NCBI GenBank assembly: GCA_035263125.1
Contig: DATFRP010000284.1
Coordinates: forward strand, 967 to 64,966
Origin: Vicinamibacterales bacterium
GTDB taxonomy: Bacteria; Acidobacteriota; Vicinamibacteria; Vicinamibacterales; UBA2999
DNA length: 64,000 bases
Direction: 5' to 3'
In this document: positions 54,570 through 61,965 of the stretch, in pieces
Numbering within the stretch: position 1 is the stretch's first letter
How the letters are laid out: the number at the start of each line of letters is the position of its first letter
Made by a program: the position numbers and the translations under genes
The notes under the pieces: model-generated
Seen by the model: only the letters and a program-made list of their open reading frames with translations
The model's database searches: none
What the model was told of the DNA's origin: nothing

Positions 54570-56144
54570 ATGCGAAATGCAAAATGCAAAAAGGAAGCGC
54601 CCGCGTGGCAACGTCTTTCTTTTGCATTTTGCATTTTGAATTTCTCATTACAGATTCAGTGCTCCTCTCCTCAGTCCGTCGATCCCAATATCATCACCGT
54701 CGCCGTCCGATCGGGGCCGACGACGTTCGATCCGTTGCAGGCGGGCGATGAGATCTCCCAGCGAATCGGGCAGCTCGTGTTCAATCCGTTGATGGGCTGG
54801 GGAGACGATCTGCGCGTTCACCCCGTGCTTGCGGAACGGTACGAGAACCCCGACCCGCTCACGTATCGTTTCTATCTGCGGCACGGCGTCAGGTTCCATG
54901 ACGGCCATGAGCTCACGTCGAAGGATGTCGTCTACACGTTTTCGGGATTTCTCGATCCCGACTTCGTGTCACCGATCAAAGGCGCCTACCGGCAACTGGC
55001 GTCGGTGACCGGGGACGACGACTACACCGTGACGTTCCGGCTGAAGGAGCCGTTTGCCGCCTTTCCGATTCAGCTGGTACTGCCGCCCATCATCCCGGCC
55101 GGCGCTGGCGATCGGATGCGCGCACACCCGATCGGGACCGGTCCATACCGGTTCGTCAGGTATGAAGATGACGATCGCGTCGTTCTGTCCGCGTTCGACG
55201 GCTATTGGGAGGGCGTGCCGGGCAATCGCGGTCTCATCGTCAAGGTCATTCCGGACGACACCATGCGTGGGCTCGAGCTGCGCAAAGGGGCGACCGATGC
55301 CGTCATCAACGATCTGCCGCCGGACATCGTCTTTCAGCTGAGGAAGAGCGATCAGTTTCTGGTCGACCAATCGGCGGGACTCGACTTCTCATACCTCGGT
55401 TTCAATATGCGCGATCCCGTGGTCGGCGACGTGCGCATACGCCACGCGATCGGATACGCGATTGATCGAGACGCGATCATCCGCGACCTTCGGCGGGGAC
55501 TCGCGCGTCCGGCAAGCGGGCTCGTCCCCGATATGGCTTGGTCTTACGAGCCTGACATCCTGCGGTTCACGCACGATCCGGAACGCGCGAAGCGCTTATT
55601 GGATGAAGCGGGATATCGCGATCCGGATGGCGAAGGCCCTCTGCCGAGGCTCAGGCTCACAATGAGGACGTCGACCAATGAGGAAACACGGCTGCAGTCG
55701 ACGGTCATCCAGGAGGACCTGCGACGAGTGGGTATCGAGCTCGATCTCCGCTCCTACGAGTTCGCAACGTTCTACGCGGACATCGTGAAGGGAAACTTCC
55801 AGGTGTTCACCTTGACGTGGACCGGCGGTGCGCTCGTCGATCCAGACATCGTGCGGCGCGTGTTCCACTCGGAACAGGTCCCGCCATCGGGATTCAACCG
55901 CGGCTACTATCACAATGCGGAGGTCGACCGCCTCATCGACGCCGCCTCGCGTTCGATCGACGAGCACGAACGAAAGCGATTGTACGGTGAGGCCCAGAAG
56001 CTCATCGCCGAAGACGCACCGTACATTCCGATCTGGAATCGCAGCAACGTCATCGTCGCCCAACGCTCACTGGGCGGACTCCGCGTCGGTCCGATGGGAG
56101 ACTTTACGCGATTGAAAGACGTGCGCCGCCGTGTGGCGCACTGA
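54570..56144 (+). CDS. ABC transporter substrate-binding protein, family 5 (peptide/nickel type), orphan
   Basis: 524-aa ORF. Conserved body motifs are FDPLQAGDEISQRIGQLVFNPLM, HDGHELTSKDVVYTF, GTGPYRF and YLGFNMRD. The N-terminus is uncertain because the ATG at 54570 lies inside the hairpin arm. The in-frame TTG at 54636 is an alternative. Confidence 0.75.
   Translation: MRNAKCKKEAPAWQRLSFAFCILNFSLQIQCSSPQSVDPNIITVAVRSGPTTFDPLQAGDEISQRIGQLVFNPLMGWGDDLRVHPVLAERYENPDPLTYRFYLRHGVRFHDGHELTSKDVVYTFSGFLDPDFVSPIKGAYRQLASVTGDDDYTVTFRLKEPFAAFPIQLVLPPIIPAGAGDRMRAHPIGTGPYRFVRYEDDDRVVLSAFDGYWEGVPGNRGLIVKVIPDDTMRGLELRKGATDAVINDLPPDIVFQLRKSDQFLVDQSAGLDFSYLGFNMRDPVVGDVRIRHAIGYAIDRDAIIRDLRRGLARPASGLVPDMAWSYEPDILRFTHDPERAKRLLDEAGYRDPDGEGPLPRLRLTMRTSTNEETRLQSTVIQEDLRRVGIELDLRSYEFATFYADIVKGNFQVFTLTWTGGALVDPDIVRRVFHSEQVPPSGFNRGYYHNAEVDRLIDAASRSIDEHERKRLYGEAQKLIAEDAPYIPIWNRSNVIVAQRSLGGLRVGPMGDFTRLKDVRRRVAH
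54573..54638. repeat. AT-rich long hairpin built from heptad repeats (CRAAATG x4 and its mirror); probable mutS terminator
   Basis: AAATGCAAAATGCAAAA (54575-54591) is perfectly complementary to TTTTGCATTTTGCATTT (54620-54636), giving a 17-bp stem and a 28-nt GC-rich loop. It begins a few nt after the mutS stop. Confidence 0.7.
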
Positions 56145-56150
56145 CCGGCG

Positions 56151-56903
56151 TCAGCTTTTCAGATTCTCGAGCTCTGCTCTCGCTTCAGTGATGTACGGCG
56201 AGTCCGGATGCTTGTCGACGATCTCGCTGAACGCCTTGCGCGCTTCGATCGTGTTGCCCTTCTGCACGTAGGCGCGCGCCAGTTCCATCAGGATCGCATC
56301 GACCGGCAGATCCGACGCGTTGGCCGTCATCATGTCCTTCCACGTCGCGATCGCGGCGTCGAGCTGCCCGGCATGAGCCTGCGTGTTGGCCTTGCCGAGA
56401 CGAGCCATCCCTCCGTACAGGCTGTTGTTTCCCGCGCGACGCGCCACGTCATCGAACGCCTGGATGGCGTCCTGATCGCGACCGAGGGCGGACAGCGCGC
56501 CCGCGTAGTGATAGCGAGCGGTGATGCCTGCGGTACTGTCAGGGTAGGCGTCGGCCGCCGCCTTCAGCTTCGGCAGCGCTGCCGTGAGCTTGGCTTCCTC
56601 GGTGGCAAAGGTGCCGGTCGCACCGAGAGACGCCGCCGCCGGAACCTCACCACTCTCGCCCTGCGCGCCCGCCGGCACGACACGGGCGTTCAACGCGACC
56701 ATCGCGTCGGCAAGCAGCTCCTGCCCCCGCGATTCGGTCCGTTGCCGGTACATCTGGACTCCGATCACGCCAAGGCCGATGACGACCAGTCCGATGACCG
56801 CCGCCATGATCTGGCGCTGGCGGTTTTCAACGAACTCGCGCGCGGTCTCGATCGAGTGGACGAGCTCGTTCTCTTTCAGGTGGTGACGTTCTCTGCGTTT
56901 CAT
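56151..56903 (-). CDS. YfgM-like membrane-anchored TPR protein
   Basis: 250 aa with a short cytoplasmic N-terminus, one TM (IMAAVIGLVVIGLGVIGV), then a TPR-like periplasmic region. The architecture resembles E. coli YfgM. Confidence 0.55.
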   Translation of the reverse strand: MKRRERHHLKENELVHSIETAREFVENRQRQIMAAVIGLVVIGLGVIGVQMYRQRTESRGQELLADAMVALNARVVPAGAQGESGEVPAAASLGATGTFATEEAKLTAALPKLKAAADAYPDSTAGITARYHYAGALSALGRDQDAIQAFDDVARRAGNNSLYGGMARLGKANTQAHAGQLDAAIATWKDMMTANASDLPVDAILMELARAYVQKGNTIEARKAFSEIVDKHPDSPYITEARAELENLKS

Positions 56904-57149
56904 AATTGCTCTTGCGATTGCAACAGGCCCAAAGGACGACTGATCGCCGCCCGGGATCTCGTCATATTACCAGCCGGGCGGCAGAAGATCTAATCACCTT
57001 CAGCGGCGGCACCTGCTCCTCGGGCCAACCTTGCGCGGCTTGCCATGCTTTGTGCCGATGGGGGAATTCAGGGGCAACGGAGGCGTCTTTGTCGAAGGTG
57101 GGACGATCGATCCGATGCTGACCATGAAGGCGGAGTGAGTGACCGCCGT

Positions 57150-57287
57150 CTAGCCCTCCAGCATCAGCCACAGGAACTTCGCGAGTTTCCACACCCCGAA
57201 GAAGACAACCAACGCAAGGAACGCCACCGCAAGCGCGGCAGGAATGCTGCCGACTACGAAGTAGTGATCGTGGATGTGAATATCCAT
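57150..57287 (-). CDS. Putative 45-aa single-TM small protein
   Basis: MDIHIHDHYFVVGSIPAALAVAFLALVVFFGVWKLAKFLWLMLEG. The ATG at 57287 is preceded by AGGAG with an 11-nt spacer (plus-strand ctcct at 57299-57303). Third codon positions are mostly G/C. It is divergent from padR. Confidence 0.35.
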   Translation of the reverse strand: MDIHIHDHYFVVGSIPAALAVAFLALVVFFGVWKLAKFLWLMLEG

Positions 57288-57341
57288 GCCCACAACGACT
57301 CCTGAACGCGATACCTGGCGAAGTCTAGCAGCGCCGTTGGA

Positions 57342-57372
57342 TTGACTATATTCTGGACTCCAGAATATAGTC
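57342..57372 (+). promoter_or_regulatory. padR promoter (TTGACT-N18-TATAGT) overlapped by a perfect 29-bp palindrome (candidate PadR operator)
   Basis: The palindrome is GACTATATTCTGGA-C-TCCAGAATATAGTC at 57344-57372. The -35-like TTGACT lies at 57342-57347 and the -10-like TATAGT at 57366-57371. The padR ATG is at 57382, implying a near-leaderless transcript. Confidence 0.5.
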
Positions 57373-57381
57373 CCGTCCGTC

Positions 57382-57726
57382 ATGGAGTCTGCGGGCGCGA
57401 TCCGCGAAGCCAAGAAAGGCACCGCCGAGCTCGTCGTCCTCGCGTTTCTCGACGACGAGCCGCGGCACGGCTACGAGCTGACGCAGCTGATCGAGGCGCG
57501 ATCGGGCGGCGCATTGACGTTCAACTTTGCGTCCCTCTACGCGACGCTCTACAAACTGGAAGAGCGCAGGTGGATCCAGGGCCGCTGGGTCGAGAAGGCA
57601 GGACAGCGCCGGCGCCGTTACTACAGGATCACGCCCGAAGGCCGCGCCGTCCTCGCTGCGCAGCGCAAGGAGTGGAGCCAATTCTTCGAGCTCATTCGCG
57701 ATCTCGCCGGAGTCGAGCATGCGTGA
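57382..57726 (+). CDS. PadR family transcriptional regulator
   Basis: 114 aa with LVVLAFLDDEPRHGYELTQLIE, LYATLYKLEERRWIQGRW and RRRYYRITPEGR. Confidence 0.9.
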   Translation: MESAGAIREAKKGTAELVVLAFLDDEPRHGYELTQLIEARSGGALTFNFASLYATLYKLEERRWIQGRWVEKAGQRRRRYYRITPEGRAVLAAQRKEWSQFFELIRDLAGVEHA

Positions 57727-60421
57727 TCGCGACATGCGCGAGTGGCGGTCACTGATTCGCCAGCGTGCGGATCGCGAATGGCGCGAGCTGTCGCCCGACG
57801 TCGTCGAGGAACTTGCGTGTCATCTTGCGGAATTGCATGCCACCGCGCTGGCACGTGGTGCAAGCCAAGCCGAAGCGCGAGCCCGCGCCCTCGATGCGTT
57901 GAGCGCCGCCTCCTTCCTCGAAGTGTCGAAGCGGCCGCGTGCCCGGCACATGCCTACCGGACACGTGCACGACCTCCGGCTTGCCGTACGCCAGCTGCGC
58001 GCGTCGCCGCTCGTATCGGCCGTTGCGATCCTCTCGCTCGCGCTCGGCATCGGCGCCAACACCGCGATCTTCTCCATCGTCAACAGCCTGCTGCTGCGAC
58101 CGCTGCCCGTTGAAACACCACAGCAGCTCGTCACGCTGAGTGAAGGCAGTTGGACCAATCCCATCTGGGAACAGATTCGAGACCGCCACGAGCTCTTCGA
58201 CAACGCGTGCGCCTGGTCGGAGACGCGATTCAATCTTGCGTCCGGAGGCGAGACCGAGTTCGTCGACGGCATCTGGGCCAGCGGCAGCGTGTTCGAGACG
58301 CTTGGCGTCGACGCGATCCTGGGCCGCACCTTCACGACTGTCGACGATCGGCGCGGTGGCGGGCCCGACGGACCTGTCGCGGTGATCAGCTACGAATTCT
58401 GGCAGCGGCGGTTTGGCGGCGCGGCCGACGTTGTCGGGCGTACGCTCAAGGTCGAGCGCGTGCCCTTCACTGTGATCGGAGTGACGCCGCCGGATTTCTT
58501 TGGGCCGGAGGTTGGACGCACATTCGACGTCGCCATTCCGATCGGTACTGAACCGATCATCAAGGGTCAAGGGAGCTGGCTCGACGAGCGCTCGACCTGG
58601 TGGCTCTCGATCATGGCGAGGCTGAAGCCGGATCAGTCGCTCGATGCCGCGAACGCCGCTCTGCGCGCGGCGCAGCCGGCGATTCGCGACGCGACCGCGC
58701 CCGGCTGGAATAACTACATCACCGAGCCGTTCACGCTGGCGCCAGCGGCCACCAACAAGTCGGCGCTGCGTCGTCATTATGAGCGTCCGCTCATTGTCGT
58801 ACTCTCCATCACGGCGCTCGTCCTCTTGATTGCCTGCGCCAACATCGCGAACCTGTTGCTCGCGCGCGCCACTGCGCGCCGCCACGAATTCAGCGTGCGT
58901 CGCGCGCTCGGGGCATCACGTTGGCGCCTCGCACGGCAGTTGGTCGCTGAGAGCACGGTCCTATCGACCGCGGGTGCGGCGGCGGGCATCGTCGTGGCCC
59001 GATGGGGTTCTCAGTTTCTCGTGCGGCAGATCTCAACCACCGACCATCGCGTGTTTTTGGATCTCTCGCTCGACACGCGTGTGCTCGTCTTCACCATCGC
59101 TGTGACCATCGCGACCACGCTGCTGTTTGGCGTGGTGCCTGCGCTCCGCGTCGCCGCTTCGGAACCGATGGACGCGATCAAGGAACACGGACGCAACCTT
59201 GCGGCGCGACGTGGCGGACTGTCCGGAAGCCTCGTCGTCGCACAGGTCGCACTCTCACTCGTGCTGGTTGTTGCGGCGTCGCTGTTCACCCGCACCTTCA
59301 CCTCGCTGACGAATCTCGACGCCGGCTTCGATCGCGAGCGCGTGCTCGTCGTCAGCGTCAACGCCGAACGAGCGCAGATCGACCGGTCCGCCCGACTACC
59401 CGTCTTCGAGCGCGTACTCGAGCGCGTGCAACGACTGCCTGGCGTGGTCGAGGCTGGGCTCTCTATGATTACGCCAACCAGCGGACAAGGCTGGAACGGT
59501 GACGTCGACGTGTCGAATACGCCGCGGTTGGAGGGACGGCAAGCGCGGACGTTCAGGAATGCGATCACGCCGCGATGGTTTGCGACGCTCGGCATGCGCC
59601 TCGTCGCCGGGCGTGCATTCACCGACTCCGATCGCAAAGGCGCGCCGCCCGTGGTGATCGTCAATCAGGCATTCGTTCGACGTTTCCTCGACGGACAGGA
59701 TCCGATCGGTCACACCGTGCAAAGGAGGGTGATCTTCAATCGCAACCGACCGGACGCAGTACCGCCTCCGGCGCAGGAAATCGTTGGCGTCGTGGCTGAT
59801 GCGATCTACGACAATCTGCGCGAACAGGTCCCACCGACGATGTTCGAACCACTCGACCAGAGCGAAATGTCGGTCGTACCGCAACTGGCCCTCACGACGC
59901 GGACAGCAGGTTCACCCATGGCCGACGTCCGCAGCATCGCGTCCGCGATCCGCGATGTCAATGCGGATTTGGCAATCACGTTCCGACCGCTCGCTGACTA
60001 CGTCAACGCGAGCGTCGCGCGGGAACGGATCGTGGCGATGCTGGCAGGTTTCTTCGGCGGCCTGGCGCTCCTGATGGCAAGCCTCGGGCTCTTCGGGCTC
60101 ACCTCGTACACCGTCGAGCGGCGTCGTCCCGAGATCGGCATTCGCATGGCGCTCGGGGCCGCACCGGCAGGCGTCATCAGACTTGTGCTGTCAGGTACTG
60201 CCGGTCTGGTTGCGGTCGGGATAATCGTCGGCAGCACGTTGAGTCTCTGGGCAGCGCGATTCGTTGGAGCATTGCTCTATCAGGTCGAGGCGCGCGACCC
60301 CCTTACGCTTGTCGGTGCTGCCGCAGCGCTAGCTGCCACCGCCGCAACCGCTGCTGCCCTGCCTGCATATCGCGCCTCGCGGATCGACCCGTCAACCGTC
60401 TTGAGAGAGTCACAGGCGTAA
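57719..60421 (+). CDS. ADOP-family duplicated FtsX/MacB-type permease
   Basis: The ATG at 57719 overlaps the padR stop (ATGCGTGA). The 900-aa product has a cytoplasmic helical leader and then two MacB_PCD/FtsX modules (LRASPLVSAVAILSLALGIGANTAIFSIVNSLLLRPLP, and C-terminal EIGIRMALGAAPAGVIRLV). The track start 57527 lies inside padR. Confidence 0.85.
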   Translation: MRDRDMREWRSLIRQRADREWRELSPDVVEELACHLAELHATALARGASQAEARARALDALSAASFLEVSKRPRARHMPTGHVHDLRLAVRQLRASPLVSAVAILSLALGIGANTAIFSIVNSLLLRPLPVETPQQLVTLSEGSWTNPIWEQIRDRHELFDNACAWSETRFNLASGGETEFVDGIWASGSVFETLGVDAILGRTFTTVDDRRGGGPDGPVAVISYEFWQRRFGGAADVVGRTLKVERVPFTVIGVTPPDFFGPEVGRTFDVAIPIGTEPIIKGQGSWLDERSTWWLSIMARLKPDQSLDAANAALRAAQPAIRDATAPGWNNYITEPFTLAPAATNKSALRRHYERPLIVVLSITALVLLIACANIANLLLARATARRHEFSVRRALGASRWRLARQLVAESTVLSTAGAAAGIVVARWGSQFLVRQISTTDHRVFLDLSLDTRVLVFTIAVTIATTLLFGVVPALRVAASEPMDAIKEHGRNLAARRGGLSGSLVVAQVALSLVLVVAASLFTRTFTSLTNLDAGFDRERVLVVSVNAERAQIDRSARLPVFERVLERVQRLPGVVEAGLSMITPTSGQGWNGDVDVSNTPRLEGRQARTFRNAITPRWFATLGMRLVAGRAFTDSDRKGAPPVVIVNQAFVRRFLDGQDPIGHTVQRRVIFNRNRPDAVPPPAQEIVGVVADAIYDNLREQVPPTMFEPLDQSEMSVVPQLALTTRTAGSPMADVRSIASAIRDVNADLAITFRPLADYVNASVARERIVAMLAGFFGGLALLMASLGLFGLTSYTVERRRPEIGIRMALGAAPAGVIRLVLSGTAGLVAVGIIVGSTLSLWAARFVGALLYQVEARDPLTLVGAAAALAATAATAAALPAYRASRIDPSTVLRESQA

Positions 60422-60470
60422 CTCCCTTTCCGTTGTCTACTCTCTCCGGACCAGTCAGACTGTGGGCGGC

Positions 60471-61733
60471 ATGTCGCTGCGATTCCTGAAGCTCGTTCTC
60501 GTCAACGTGCTGGTGTTCATCGTGCTCGCGGAGGCCGTCGGCCTGTACGCCTGCTACATGGATACGGGCCATTTCCTCTACAGCACTCCACGGCACTATG
60601 ACGCGATCCCAGAGACGGCCGCGCACCGGCTCACCGGGGACTCGTTGCATCCGTACTTCGGCCCCCTGCACAAGCCTGGTTTCCGACCGCAGTCGAACAA
60701 CTTCGGCTTTACCTCGCCGTACGCGTTCCCCTACGAGAAGCGAAGCGTCGACGAGTTCGTCATCGGCATCTTCGGCGGCTCCGTCGGCGAGCAGTTCTGC
60801 CAGCTCGGTGCAGCTCGCCTCATCGAGGACCTCGGCGCCGATCGCGGGTTCAGCGGCAGACGGCTCGTGCCGCTCTGTTTCAGCCTCGAAGGCTACAAGC
60901 AGCCGCAGCAACTGCTCGTGCTCGCCTATTTCCTCTCGATCGGCCAGCGCTTCGATCTCGTGCTGAACATCGACGGACTGAACGAGGTCGCACTGGCGAC
61001 GCTCAACAACCAGAGCGGCCGCGACATCTCGATGCCGAGCCCGCTCCACATCGATCCGCTGGTCGCGCTGATCGATCAATCGACGCTGACGCCGGCGCGG
61101 ATCGAGTCGCTGGCGACGATCAATCACGACAAGGAATCGATGAACCGTCTGGCAGCGCGGATCAATGCGAATCGGAGCGCGATGGTCGATTTCGTGCTGA
61201 CACGCCTCTATTCGCGCACCAAACGCGACTACCAGATCGAGCGTGGCCGGTTCGCCAATCTGCCGGCGAACAGCGTCGACACGTCGATCGTCGAGCTGAC
61301 GCGGCCGGTGAAGTCGCGCGACGAGGCGACGCTCTACGAAGACATCGCCGCGAACTGGGCGAATGCATCGGCGAACATGAACGCGATGCTGGCAGCGCGT
61401 TCGGTGCCGTATCTCCACGTACTGCAGCCCAACCAGTACTTCGGCAGCCGGCGGTTCGGCGAGGGCGAGGCACACATCGCCATCAACGCGGCATCGCTGT
61501 TCAAGGTCCCGGTCGAGAAGGGCTATCCCGTGCTCCTCCGTCAATCGGCTCGGCTCCGTCAGAGCGAGCACTTCGTCGATGCGACCGCCCTGTTCGATCG
61601 CGAACCCGCCGCGGTCTACAAGGACGATTGCTGCCATTACAACGAGCTTGGCAATCGCCTGCTGGCGGACGCCATCGCGTCGCGCGTACGCGAGCTCGGT
61701 CTATACGGTCAGCGTCCGCAGTCGTCTCAGTAG
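60471..61733 (+). CDS. Hypothetical membrane-anchored protein with SGNH/GDSL-hydrolase-like catalytic motifs
   Basis: It has an N-terminal TM (LKLVLVNVLVFIVLAEAVGLYA) and a block-I-like motif VIGIFGGSVGEQF, with the Ser codon at 60780. A C-terminal block-V-like motif, DDCCHYNELGNRLLADAIA, provides D-x-x-H with the His codon at 61635. No family is recognised with confidence. GTG 60462 is an alternative start. Confidence 0.5.
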   Translation: MSLRFLKLVLVNVLVFIVLAEAVGLYACYMDTGHFLYSTPRHYDAIPETAAHRLTGDSLHPYFGPLHKPGFRPQSNNFGFTSPYAFPYEKRSVDEFVIGIFGGSVGEQFCQLGAARLIEDLGADRGFSGRRLVPLCFSLEGYKQPQQLLVLAYFLSIGQRFDLVLNIDGLNEVALATLNNQSGRDISMPSPLHIDPLVALIDQSTLTPARIESLATINHDKESMNRLAARINANRSAMVDFVLTRLYSRTKRDYQIERGRFANLPANSVDTSIVELTRPVKSRDEATLYEDIAANWANASANMNAMLAARSVPYLHVLQPNQYFGSRRFGEGEAHIAINAASLFKVPVEKGYPVLLRQSARLRQSEHFVDATALFDREPAAVYKDDCCHYNELGNRLLADAIASRVRELGLYGQRPQSSQ

Positions 61734-61897
61734 CGGTCGAGTCAAGCCTTGACTCCTCAGCGGCCTCGTGATGTCATGATCGCGTGCGAATCACCTGCCT
61801 TTACTCGTCGTTTCATCGCGTGACCAAGCACATTGGTTCGCGACCAGAGGTGCGCAGGTGAGCTGACGGTCCCTTAACCAAGACCGAAACTGTTCGA

Positions 61898-61939
61898 GGG
61901 CCAGCACCTGTCGCTGCAGGTGCTGGCCCTTTTTCTTTT
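61898..61939 (+). terminator. Strong rho-independent terminator 26 nt upstream of the ABC exporter start
   Basis: GGGCCAGCACCTG-tcgctg-CAGGTGCTGGCCC is a perfect 13-bp stem, followed by TTTTTCTTTT. Confidence 0.8.
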
Positions 61940-61965
61940 GATCCGGCTGAAGCCGGACGCTGCGT

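Noticed and set aside
54606-54626. A sigma-54 promoter (TGGCA...TTGCA) inside the hairpin loop upstream of the SBP gene.
   Set aside because: The GG-to-GC spacing is 15 nt rather than the required 10 nt.
61776-61823. A 15-codon leader peptide (MIACESPAFTRRFIA) in the ABC exporter leader.
   Set aside because: It has no visible Shine-Dalgarno sequence and no diagnostic codon runs, and I cannot test conservation. It is mentioned only as a possibility within the leader finding.
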